Positions 9,218 to 17,364 of a stretch of 64,000 bases of DNA are shown here, piece after piece. The stretch spans positions 2,308 through 66,307 of the forward strand of contig JALOQJ010000006.1 in assembly GCA_025453445.1 (NCBI GenBank), read 5' to 3'. The notes under the pieces are model-generated. The model did not search any database. It had not been told where the DNA came from and saw nothing but the letters and a program-made list of their open reading frames with translations. This DNA comes from Candidatus Omnitrophota bacterium. Its GTDB lineage: Bacteria; Omnitrophota; Gorgyraeia; Gygaellales; Profunditerraquicolaceae. How positions within the stretch are numbered: position 1 is the stretch's first letter; every line of letters starts with the position of its first letter. A program made the translations under genes and the position numbers.

Positions 9218-10657
9218 ATGAACTACGAAGCAGTTATTGGATTGGAAGTCCACTTACATTTAAAAACCAAAACCAAGGCTTTTTGTGGCTGTTCTACGGA
9301 ATTTGGCCAAGGCGCCAATTCACAGGTCTGTCCAGTATGCTTAGGTTTCCCAGGATCTCTACCGGTTTTAAATAAATTGGCCTTGGATTTTGCAATTAAA
9401 GCAGGGTTAGGTTTAAATTGTACGATTCAATCCCACACAAAATTCGACCGTAAAAATTATTTTTATCCGGACTTACCGAAAAATTACCAGATTTCCCAAT
9501 ATGACATGCCTTTAGCAATTAACGGATATTTGGATATTGATATTGAGGGTAAAACAAAACGCATTGGCATTACAAGGGCTCACCTTGAGGAAGATGCAGG
9601 AAAATTGATCCATAAGGATAGCGAAAGCTGGGTAGATTTTAACCGCACCGGAATACCTCTTTTAGAAATTGTTACTGAGCCGGATATCAGTTCTCCGCAG
9701 GAAGCTTATGAGTATTTGAGCTGTTTAAAAAACATACTTGAGTATCTTGAGATTTCTGATTGCGATATGGAAAAAGGTTCATTGCGTTGCGACGCGAATA
9801 TCTCCCTGCGGCCTAAAGGAGCAAAAGAGCTGGGAGTAAAAACCGAGTTAAAAAATATGAATTCGTTTAAAGGGGTAAAAGATGCTCTGGGGTTTGAAAT
9901 AGAACGCCAGGCTAGAGCGCTGGAAAATGGTGAAAAAATCATTCAGGAAACTCGGCTTTGGAATATCAAAAGCATGGAGACAGTTCCTATGCGCACCAAA
10001 GAAGAGGCGCAGGATTACCGTTATTTTCCTGAACCGGATTTGCCATTATTTTTAATCAGCGCGGAAAAGATAAATGAAATTAATACAAGTATCCCTGAGT
10101 TACCGCGTCAGAAATTAGAGCGTTTTGTGCATGATTACGGTTTATCAGAATACGATGCTAAAATTATTGTTTCTTCCAAAGCATTTGCTTTAACCGCAGA
10201 AAAACTGATAAAGAAATGGCCGAATAAAATAAAAAAACCGTTGGTTAATTGGTTATGTGGTCCGCTTCTTTCTGAAGCAAACTCCAGGAATTTAAGCCCT
10301 GAAGAAATAATAATTCCCGGTGGGGATGATGAGTTAATTGATTTAATCATAGCACAGGAAGAAGGCAAAATTTCTCACCTTATCGCTAAAACTGTATTTA
10401 CTGAATCAATCGCCACAACAACATTGGCTTCAGAAATTATTAAAAAAAAGAATTTGTTTCAAATTTCTGATACCGACAGCTTAAATGCTATGATAGAAGA
10501 AGTTCTTAAAGATAACATTAAGTCGGTTGCGGATTATAGGGCAGGTAAAACTAATGCCGTAATGGCGCTGGTGGGGCAAATGATGAAAAAAACAGGCGGC
10601 AAGGCAAACCCTAAATTAGTGCAGGAGCTTTTAAAACGGAGGCTGGAAAATGCGTGA
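9218..10657 (+). CDS. gatB: Asp-tRNA(Asn)/Glu-tRNA(Gln) amidotransferase subunit B
   Basis: N-terminus MNYEAVIGLEVHLHLKTKTKAFCGC; 479 aa; start abuts gatA stop. Confidence 0.95.
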   Translation: MNYEAVIGLEVHLHLKTKTKAFCGCSTEFGQGANSQVCPVCLGFPGSLPVLNKLALDFAIKAGLGLNCTIQSHTKFDRKNYFYPDLPKNYQISQYDMPLAINGYLDIDIEGKTKRIGITRAHLEEDAGKLIHKDSESWVDFNRTGIPLLEIVTEPDISSPQEAYEYLSCLKNILEYLEISDCDMEKGSLRCDANISLRPKGAKELGVKTELKNMNSFKGVKDALGFEIERQARALENGEKIIQETRLWNIKSMETVPMRTKEEAQDYRYFPEPDLPLFLISAEKINEINTSIPELPRQKLERFVHDYGLSEYDAKIIVSSKAFALTAEKLIKKWPNKIKKPLVNWLCGPLLSEANSRNLSPEEIIIPGGDDELIDLIIAQEEGKISHLIAKTVFTESIATTTLASEIIKKKNLFQISDTDSLNAMIEEVLKDNIKSVADYRAGKTNAVMALVGQMMKKTGGKANPKLVQELLKRRLENA

Positions 10658-11939
10658 AAAATTATTTACCGGCATCATTCTAATTTTAGCTTGTTTTATA
10701 GCCACTTCTTTGGCGCTCTCGGCAATGGAAAAAAAGAAAACAGACGACCTATATAAACAGGTGGAGTTATTTTCCGATTGCCTGGCAATCGTACAAACCG
10801 ATTATGTAAGCGAAGTTGCGCCTCATGACATGATTTACGGCGCGCTAAAGGGAATGATTTCATCGCTTGATCCACACAGCCAGTTTATGGATCCGGAAAC
10901 CTATCAGGAATTAAAAGTCGATACCGAAGGTAAATTCGGCGGCTTAGGCATTGAAATCACAATTAAAGACGGATTATTAACCGTAATTACTCCCATAGAA
11001 GATACTCCAGCCTGGAAAGTAGGTTTAAAACCACAGGACCGGATTGTTAAAATAAATAATGAATTAACCCGTGATATGACCTTAACCGATGCGGTGAAAA
11101 AACTCCGAGGTAGGCCGGGCGAGGCAGTAAATATTGCCGTACTCCGGGAATCAGAAAAGAAAATACTCGATTTTAAGATTGTGCGCGACCTGATAAAGAT
11201 AAAAGATATTAAAGATGTCAGGATTATAGATGACGGTATTGCTTATATACGATTAGTTGAATTCCGGGAAAATACTGCACAAGATTTAGCAACAGCTTTG
11301 GAAAAATTAAAGAAAGATGGTATGACCGGGCTGATTATTGATTTGCGAAATAATCCGGGCGGCTTGCTTGATGCAGCAGTTGAGTCGTGCGAAAAATTCG
11401 TCGAGAAAGGTAAAGTTATCCTTACTACACGCAGCCGGATTCCCAGCCAGAATTTAGAATTTATTTGCCGGGAGAAAAACCCGCTATTAGATATACCGAT
11501 GATCGTAATGATTAATGACGGTTCAGCATCAGGCAGTGAAATACTCGCGGGTTGCCTGCAGGATTATAAGCGGGCGATTATTTTAGGGATCAAATCCTTT
11601 GGTAAAGGTTCGGTTCAGACCGTTATACCTTTAAGCGATGGCTCAGCCTTGCGCCTGACAACTAGTAAATATTATACCCCTTTGGGTAGGGAAATTCACG
11701 GCAAAGGCGTGATTCCTGACATTGTTGTTGAAGAAGGTAAAATTGAACTGGCCCCTAAAGATGATTTACAGGTAGATAAGCCGCAGAATATTTTTGATGA
11801 ACTGGAAAATAAAGACAAACGCTCGAAAGACGGCTCGGATAAGAAGGACGCCTTGACGAAAATGAAATCTGATAACCAATTAATGCGCGCGGTGGATGTT
11901 TTAAAGGCAATTAGAATCTATAAAGGGGCAAAGAAATAA
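10650..11939 (+). CDS. ctpA: carboxyl-terminal processing protease (S41 family, PDZ domain)
   Basis: N-terminal TM/signal; PDZ region; S41 motifs (GSASGSEILAG, KSFGKGSVQTV). Confidence 0.85.
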   Translation: MREKLFTGIILILACFIATSLALSAMEKKKTDDLYKQVELFSDCLAIVQTDYVSEVAPHDMIYGALKGMISSLDPHSQFMDPETYQELKVDTEGKFGGLGIEITIKDGLLTVITPIEDTPAWKVGLKPQDRIVKINNELTRDMTLTDAVKKLRGRPGEAVNIAVLRESEKKILDFKIVRDLIKIKDIKDVRIIDDGIAYIRLVEFRENTAQDLATALEKLKKDGMTGLIIDLRNNPGGLLDAAVESCEKFVEKGKVILTTRSRIPSQNLEFICREKNPLLDIPMIVMINDGSASGSEILAGCLQDYKRAIILGIKSFGKGSVQTVIPLSDGSALRLTTSKYYTPLGREIHGKGVIPDIVVEEGKIELAPKDDLQVDKPQNIFDELENKDKRSKDGSDKKDALTKMKSDNQLMRAVDVLKAIRIYKGAKK

Positions 11940-12722
11940 ATGAAACGTAATAAACTAAAGACGATTATTATTGTACTTGCCGGGCTGATGATTGCTGAAG
12001 GAATAGTAATTATTTGTTTATTGCTTGCGCGGCCGAAAAAACCGGTTATCACAGTAAGGCCGATACAGGGAAGAATCGCGATTGTAATTGATGATTGGGG
12101 TTATCATCAGGATACATTAGGGATTGCCAGCCAAATACATTATCCCTTAACAGCTGCGGTCTTACCGGGTGGAACGCATTCTAGAGATGTAGCAAAAAAA
12201 CTGCATGATATGGGGCTGGAGATAATATTGCATTTACCGATGGAGCCCTTTGAGGAGTATGGCTTGGAAAAAAATACGATTCTTGCCTCTATGAATGAAG
12301 GAAAAATCGTTAAAATCATCTCCGATGATCTTGCTAAAGTAAAATTATGTAAAGGCGTTTCAAACCATATGGGCTCAAAGCTGACTAGCGATCCTAAAGC
12401 AATGGCCGTAGTTTTTAAGGAATTAAAAAAGAGAAAGCTTTATTTTTTAGACAGCTTAGTTACTGCTAATTCCGTTTGTGCGGATTTGGCAAAAAAAATG
12501 CAGCTTAAGTTTGCCAGAAGGGATATTTTTCTCGATAATACGGAAGAGCCTGAATATATCCGGCTGCAAATCGCGAAATTAAAGAAGAAGGCAATAGTTT
12601 ATGGCAGGGCAATCGGTATCTGTCATGACCGAAGAATTACTCTACAAGTCCTAAAAGAGGTTATGCCGGAAATAGCAAGAGAAGGGTTTAAATTTGTTTT
12701 TGTTTCTGAGTTGGTGAGATAA
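11940..12722 (+). CDS. divergent polysaccharide deacetylase family protein (YibQ-like)
   Basis: N-terminal TM; IAIVIDDWGY... HLPMEP... SNHMGS motifs of the divergent polysaccharide deacetylase family. Confidence 0.7.
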   Translation: MKRNKLKTIIIVLAGLMIAEGIVIICLLLARPKKPVITVRPIQGRIAIVIDDWGYHQDTLGIASQIHYPLTAAVLPGGTHSRDVAKKLHDMGLEIILHLPMEPFEEYGLEKNTILASMNEGKIVKIISDDLAKVKLCKGVSNHMGSKLTSDPKAMAVVFKELKKRKLYFLDSLVTANSVCADLAKKMQLKFARRDIFLDNTEEPEYIRLQIAKLKKKAIVYGRAIGICHDRRITLQVLKEVMPEIAREGFKFVFVSELVR

Positions 12723-13687
12723 TGTATACACTGGGCATAGAAACATCCTGTGATGAGACATCTGTTGCCGTAGTAAAATCCGGTAGGACAATTCTTTCCT
12801 GCGAAACATCATCAAGCATGAGCCTGCACAAAAAATACGGCGGAATTGTCCCTGAGATTGCTTTTCGGATGCAGCTGGAAACAATCTCTCTGGTTGCGGA
12901 TTCAGCCATAAAAAAAGCAGGGATTAAATTAAAGGATATAAAACTGGCTGCGGTAACCGATAAACCCGGGCTTTTAGGTTCCCTGCTAGTCGGGATTTCG
13001 TTTGCCAAAGCAGTGGCTTTAAGTTTAGAAGTGCCTTTATACGAGATAAACCATCTATATAGCCATATCTATGCTAATTTTTTAGATACGAAAGAACCGC
13101 CTGCTTTTCCTTTTGTTGCTTTGATTGTCTCCGGAGGCCATACCAGTTTATTCTATATAAGGGATTTTAATAAAATCGAATTGCTTGGTTCAACTCAGGA
13201 TGATGCATGCGGTGAAGCATTTGATAAGGTGGCAAAAATTCTCGGGTTGAAATATCCCGGTGGGCCTTATATCGAGAAGTTAGCCGAAAAAGGGGATTCT
13301 CGAAGAATAAAGTTCGGTTGTTCTGATACGGATAATCCTCTGGATTTTAGTTTTAGCGGTATAAAGACAGCAGTATTATATTATGTTAACCGGAAAATCG
13401 GTAAGCTGGATAATCAGACAGCCGAAGATATTGCTGCTTCATTTCAAAAAACAGTAATTGAAGTATTGGTAAAAAAATCTTTGCTTGCCTGTCGCAAGTA
13501 TGGCACAAATCGACTTGTGGTTGGCGGCGGGGTTGCCGCAAATAATAAATTAAGAGAAACGTTGAAAAAAGAAGCAAGTGCCAATAAAATTAAAGTATAT
13601 TTCCCCACAAAAGCGCTTTGTATGGATAATGCAGCAATGGTAGCTGGCCTTGCTTGGCGCTTACTTAAGAGAGGAGGCGTAAGTTAA
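12722..13687 (+). CDS. tsaD: tRNA N6-adenosine threonylcarbamoyltransferase
   Basis: MYTLGIETSCDETSVAVV N-terminus; Kae1/TsaD family; 321 aa. Confidence 0.9.
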   Translation: MYTLGIETSCDETSVAVVKSGRTILSCETSSSMSLHKKYGGIVPEIAFRMQLETISLVADSAIKKAGIKLKDIKLAAVTDKPGLLGSLLVGISFAKAVALSLEVPLYEINHLYSHIYANFLDTKEPPAFPFVALIVSGGHTSLFYIRDFNKIELLGSTQDDACGEAFDKVAKILGLKYPGGPYIEKLAEKGDSRRIKFGCSDTDNPLDFSFSGIKTAVLYYVNRKIGKLDNQTAEDIAASFQKTVIEVLVKKSLLACRKYGTNRLVVGGGVAANNKLRETLKKEASANKIKVYFPTKALCMDNAAMVAGLAWRLLKRGGVS

Positions 13688-13688
13688 C

Positions 13689-14135
13689 ATGCTTAATGAT
13701 ATGCAAATTGTGCTGAGGTTAGTAGCGTCAGTTTTTTTAAGCGGGCTAATTGGATTGGAACGGCAGGTACAACGCCGGAACGCAGGCTTACGAACACATA
13801 TTTTAGTCTGCCTTGGATCGTGTCTTATCATGTTGACATCGTTATATGTTTTTGATATATATAATGGGGTAGCTTCCATAGATCCGTCCCGCATTGCCGC
13901 AGGCGTAATTACAGGTATCGGTTTCTTAGGCGCTGGAGCGATTTTAAGGGATCAGACAGAAATTAAAGGCTTAACTACTGCTGCCAGCCTATGGATTACG
14001 GCAGGTATAGGCTTAGCTGTTGGCTGTGGGTTTTATACCGGAGCAATTACCGCAACAATATTAACTATTGCTGTACTTCTTGTTTTAAGATATGCGGAAA
14101 GAAAAGTTCTCGACAAAGTGGCTGAAAGAAAATAA
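13689..14135 (+). CDS. MgtC/SapB family membrane protein
   Basis: LRLVASVFLSGLIGLERQ motif and multiple TM helices typical of MgtC family. Confidence 0.8.
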   Translation: MLNDMQIVLRLVASVFLSGLIGLERQVQRRNAGLRTHILVCLGSCLIMLTSLYVFDIYNGVASIDPSRIAAGVITGIGFLGAGAILRDQTEIKGLTTAASLWITAGIGLAVGCGFYTGAITATILTIAVLLVLRYAERKVLDKVAERK

Positions 14136-14148
14136 ATGGAGGTGAAAA

Positions 14149-14652
14149 ATGGCCTTTAAAAGAAAAATGGAAGAAAAAATTCTTGATGTTGATGCTGCAA
14201 TGCAGGGATCTTTAATTTTTAAAGAAGCAGTAAGCCTGAGGATTAACGGTAAATTTGAAGGCAGCCTGGAGACAAAAGGTAACCTTACTATCGGCCCCAC
14301 GGCTTTGGTTTTGGCTGATATCGTCGGGGATAATGTTATTATTGGCGGAAAGGTCAAAGGCAGGATTACCGCAAAAGACAGGCTGACGCTTTTGCCCAGC
14401 GCTATTGTTGAAGGGGATATTTATCCTGCAAAATTAAATATTGCTGAAGGCGCGATTCTCGAAGGCCGTTGCCTGATGCTGCATGATTTTTTAAACAGCG
14501 AAGAACTTGCTCGTTATCTGGAAGTAGATTTAAATTCTATCCTTGAATGGGCCAATTCAGGAAAAGTTCCTGCGGTAAAAGAAGGCGAACACTGGAAGTT
14601 TGAGAGAAAAGCAATTGATTCTTGGATTGCCTCAGGTAAAATTGGCAAATAA
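14149..14652 (+). CDS. bactofilin-domain protein fused to C-terminal excisionase-type (HTH_17) DNA-binding domain
   Basis: Bactofilin repeat GNLTIGPTALVLADIVGDNVIIGGKVKGRITAKDRLTLLPSAIVEGDIYPAKLNIAEGAILEGRCLM followed by LNSEELARYLEVDLNSILEWANSGKVPAVKEGEHWKFERKAIDSWI; strong SD GGAGGTG upstream. Confidence 0.8.
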   Translation: MAFKRKMEEKILDVDAAMQGSLIFKEAVSLRINGKFEGSLETKGNLTIGPTALVLADIVGDNVIIGGKVKGRITAKDRLTLLPSAIVEGDIYPAKLNIAEGAILEGRCLMLHDFLNSEELARYLEVDLNSILEWANSGKVPAVKEGEHWKFERKAIDSWIASGKIGK

Positions 14653-14663
14653 CTTTTTAAAAA

Positions 14664-14978
14664 ATGGCAGATGAAAAACTTTTAACCATCAGGGATGTTT
14701 CTCATGCTTTAGGCATTTCAGAGAAAGAAGTAATTGATCTCTCTGAAAACGGCGCTATTCCTGCCTATAAAATCGGCGGGGTATATTTAAGATTCAAACG
14801 CCAACAGGTGGATGAATACAGAAAAAAACACCCTGCCCAACACAAAGAAAAACCCGGCGGAAAAAAGAAGTATTCTTACTCAGACAGGGTAAGCGACTTT
14901 TTCTACTTCAATGATTTTTATATACTGGCGCTTATTGTTATCATTCTTATGCTTTTTATTATATTTCGAGGATATTAG
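14664..14978 (+). CDS. excisionase-type HTH (HTH_17) DNA-binding protein with Lys-rich linker and C-terminal transmembrane anchor
   Basis: LLTIRDVSHALGISEKEVIDLSENGAIPAYKIGGVYLRFKRQQVDEY; C-terminal hydrophobic FYILALIVIILMLFIIF. Confidence 0.7.
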   Translation: MADEKLLTIRDVSHALGISEKEVIDLSENGAIPAYKIGGVYLRFKRQQVDEYRKKHPAQHKEKPGGKKKYSYSDRVSDFFYFNDFYILALIVIILMLFIIFRGY

Positions 14979-14983
14979 GAGCA

Positions 14984-15658
14984 ATGCGAGCAAAACAAGG
15001 TTTCTGCGATTTGGGGTTTGCCAAAATAGATACGGACAGGCTTAACCGTAAAGGTTTCCCCGAAGTAATCTATTGTCCTGGAAAGGATAAAATCCATTTA
15101 AAAAAGATATCCGGCGCCTTAATAAAAAATTGCCAGGATCTGCTTTTGACGAAACTCGAAAAAAACAATTATTTATACCTTAAAAAATTTTTGCCTAAGT
15201 TAAAATATAATACTTTAGCAAAGCTAGGTTATTGCCTACAGTTACCAAATAAGAAAACTGTAGGTTTAGTAGCAGTAATTTCCGCAGGGACTTCGGACTT
15301 GCCGGTTGCTGAAGAAGCAGCGGCTACGCTGGAAGTAATGGGCAATAATGTGGCACGGATTTATGATGTAGGTGTTGCCGGAGTCCACCGTTTAATGCAA
15401 AATCTCACGGTGATAAAAAAAGCCAGCGTAATTATTGTTGTTGCCGGCATGGAAGGGGCTTTGGCAAGCCTGGTGAGCGGATTGGCAAAAAGCCCGTTAA
15501 TTGCCGTACCTACCAGCTGTGGTTATGGCGCTAGTTTTGGCGGATTAGCTGCATTATTAACAATGCTTAACAGCTGTTCACCGGGAGTTGTGGTTGTAAA
15601 TATTGATAATGGTTTTGGAGCAGGATATTTTGCCAGCTTGATTAATAAAAAGGAGTAA
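14984..15658 (+). CDS. larB: nickel-pincer nucleotide cofactor biosynthesis protein LarB (PurE-like carboxylase/hydrolase)
   Basis: GFPEVIYCPGK... AVISAGTSDLPVAEEAAATLEVMGNNV... VAGMEGALASLVSG motifs of LarB/PurE-like family; 224 aa. Confidence 0.75.
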   Translation: MRAKQGFCDLGFAKIDTDRLNRKGFPEVIYCPGKDKIHLKKISGALIKNCQDLLLTKLEKNNYLYLKKFLPKLKYNTLAKLGYCLQLPNKKTVGLVAVISAGTSDLPVAEEAAATLEVMGNNVARIYDVGVAGVHRLMQNLTVIKKASVIIVVAGMEGALASLVSGLAKSPLIAVPTSCGYGASFGGLAALLTMLNSCSPGVVVVNIDNGFGAGYFASLINKKE

Positions 15659-15664
15659 CTAACT

Positions 15665-16990
15665 ATGGCGCTTTCAGGTTTAGACATCTATAAGTTATTA
15701 CCAAAAACTAACTGCCGCGAGTGCGGCTTTGTTACTTGCCTTGCTTTTGCAATGCAGCTGGCAAAGAAAGCAGTAAGTATTGATAAATGCCCTTATTTAA
15801 GCCCGGATGCAAAGAAAACGCTTGAGACTTCCGGACAGCCGCCAATTAAGTTGGTTACGATAGGATCTGGCGAGGAGAAATTAGCAGTAGGTAATGAAAC
15901 AGTCCTTTTTCGCCATGAAGAGAAATTCCATAATCCATGCGGCATAGGCTCTATTCTTAATGATAATTTAAGTGAAAACGAAATAAAAAAACAACTGGAT
16001 ATAATCAATAAACTGAAATTTGAGCGCATCGGACAAGCCTTAGAGGTAAATCTTGTAGCAATTAAACAAAATTCTACCGCGGAAAATTTTCTTAAAGCAG
16101 TTGCGTGTGTTATGAATAATACGCGCTTAGGTTTGGTATTAATGACTGCTGAACCAAAGGCATTAAAAGAAGCCTTAAAAATTACTAAAGACAGACGGCC
16201 TCTTATTTATAGCCTAAGTGGTGATTACACAGAAGTTGCTCAATTAGCAAAAGAATTTAATGCGCCGCTTGTGGCAATAGCGCAAAATTTGGAAGCACTT
16301 TCTAGTTTAACGCAGGATTTAAACAAGCAGGGTGTTTCGGAAATAGTTTTAGATACAGGCATTAAGCCTATAAAAGACAAGATTTGGGATCTGACGCAGA
16401 TACGCAGGCTGGCGCTGAAGAAATCAAACCGCAGCTTAGGATATCCTATGCTAGTAGTGGTCGATAAAAATGATCCTGTTGAGGAGGCAATGGAGGCAGC
16501 CAGCTATGTTGCTAAATATGCCGGAATTATTTTGTTAAAAAATGTAAACACCGCAGAGGCCTTGTCATTATTAACCCTAAGGCAGAATATCTATACTGAT
16601 CCGCAGAAACCGCTGCAGATAGAGCCCAAGCTTTACCCAATAGGTAATGCTGATAAAAATTCGCCTCTTTTAGTTACTACAAATTTTTCGCTTACATATT
16701 ACACGGTATTGGGAGAAGTTGAAGCAAGTAAAATACCTTCTTATATTTTAAGCGTAGATACTGAGGGAATGTCAGTCTTAACTGCTTGGGCAGCGGAAAA
16801 GTTCACTCCGGAAAAAATCAATGATTCAATTAATAAATCCGGAGCAAAAGAGGCAGTGGCGCATAAAAAAATTATTATTCCGGGCTATGTGGCTGTAATG
16901 AGTGGTGATTTAGAAGAAGCTTCGGGGCTGCAGGTAATTGTCGGCCCTAAAGAAGCAGCAGGATTACCAGCGTTCTTGAAAAATTTGTAA
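15665..16990 (+). CDS. acsC: corrinoid iron-sulfur protein large subunit (acetyl-CoA decarbonylase/synthase gamma subunit)
   Basis: N-terminal [4Fe-4S] motif CRECGFVTCLAFAMQLA...KCP; ~441 aa; next to acsD/acsE. Confidence 0.85.
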   Translation: MALSGLDIYKLLPKTNCRECGFVTCLAFAMQLAKKAVSIDKCPYLSPDAKKTLETSGQPPIKLVTIGSGEEKLAVGNETVLFRHEEKFHNPCGIGSILNDNLSENEIKKQLDIINKLKFERIGQALEVNLVAIKQNSTAENFLKAVACVMNNTRLGLVLMTAEPKALKEALKITKDRRPLIYSLSGDYTEVAQLAKEFNAPLVAIAQNLEALSSLTQDLNKQGVSEIVLDTGIKPIKDKIWDLTQIRRLALKKSNRSLGYPMLVVVDKNDPVEEAMEAASYVAKYAGIILLKNVNTAEALSLLTLRQNIYTDPQKPLQIEPKLYPIGNADKNSPLLVTTNFSLTYYTVLGEVEASKIPSYILSVDTEGMSVLTAWAAEKFTPEKINDSINKSGAKEAVAHKKIIIPGYVAVMSGDLEEASGLQVIVGPKEAAGLPAFLKNL

Positions 16991-17031
16991 AATAGATAGT
17001 TTCGCGTGTGTCTTGTTTGTATTTTTGCGGG

Positions 17032-17322
17032 AACGTTTGCCCCGCCCCAGCGTGGCGGGGCTGCACTTCGTTCCAGCCCCTCGCTCTCCCGCAGCCGGGC
17101 CGTGGATAAAAGCGTTTTTCAATTAAGGAGCCGGCTGCGGGAACCGTGCCCGCTCGGGGGCTTCCAAGATCCCGCAAAAACACAGCCAAGCCCCACGCTT
17201 TGAAAGTTAAAGATACTTTTAAGTAGTTATATTTTAGCGGGTGGCTGACGAGACGAAGACCTTGCCGCCCGCAGCGAATAGCGAGGACGGCGAGGTGGAT
17301 CGGCAGACAGGACCCGCTAAAA
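17032..17322 (+). ncRNA. GC-rich (~60% GC) highly structured non-coding element with two tandem stem-loop domains; candidate structured RNA/leader of unknown class
   Basis: Domain 1 closed by tttttgcggga(17032-42)/tcccgcaaaaa(17170-80), containing gccccgcc-ccagcgt-ggcggggc and cccgcagccgg/ccggctgcggg stems; domain 2 closed by ttttagcgggt(17232-42)/acccgctaaaa(17312-22); no credible ORF. Confidence 0.5.
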
Positions 17323-17364
17323 ATTCAATAATATAAAGTTACATTTTATCCGGATAATAAGACT

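Noticed and set aside
9190-9375. 61-aa + strand ORF spanning the gatA/gatB junction
   Set aside because: It is an alternate frame overlapping the gatA end and gatB start, with no support as a separate gene.
16947-17203. Short ORFs (80 aa on -, 65 aa on +) inside the GC-rich intergenic element
   Set aside because: Their Pro/Gly/Arg/Ala-rich translations are what a GC-rich non-coding sequence produces. The region is better explained by nested inverted repeats (RNA structure).
17032-17322. GC-rich structured element as RNase P RNA, SRP RNA, tmRNA or a cobalamin riboswitch
   Set aside because: I could not find the conserved RNase P P4 motifs (AGGAAAGUCC / ACAGAA), the SRP domain IV motif, a tmRNA tag ORF or a convincing B12 box. 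It is left as an unclassified structured element.
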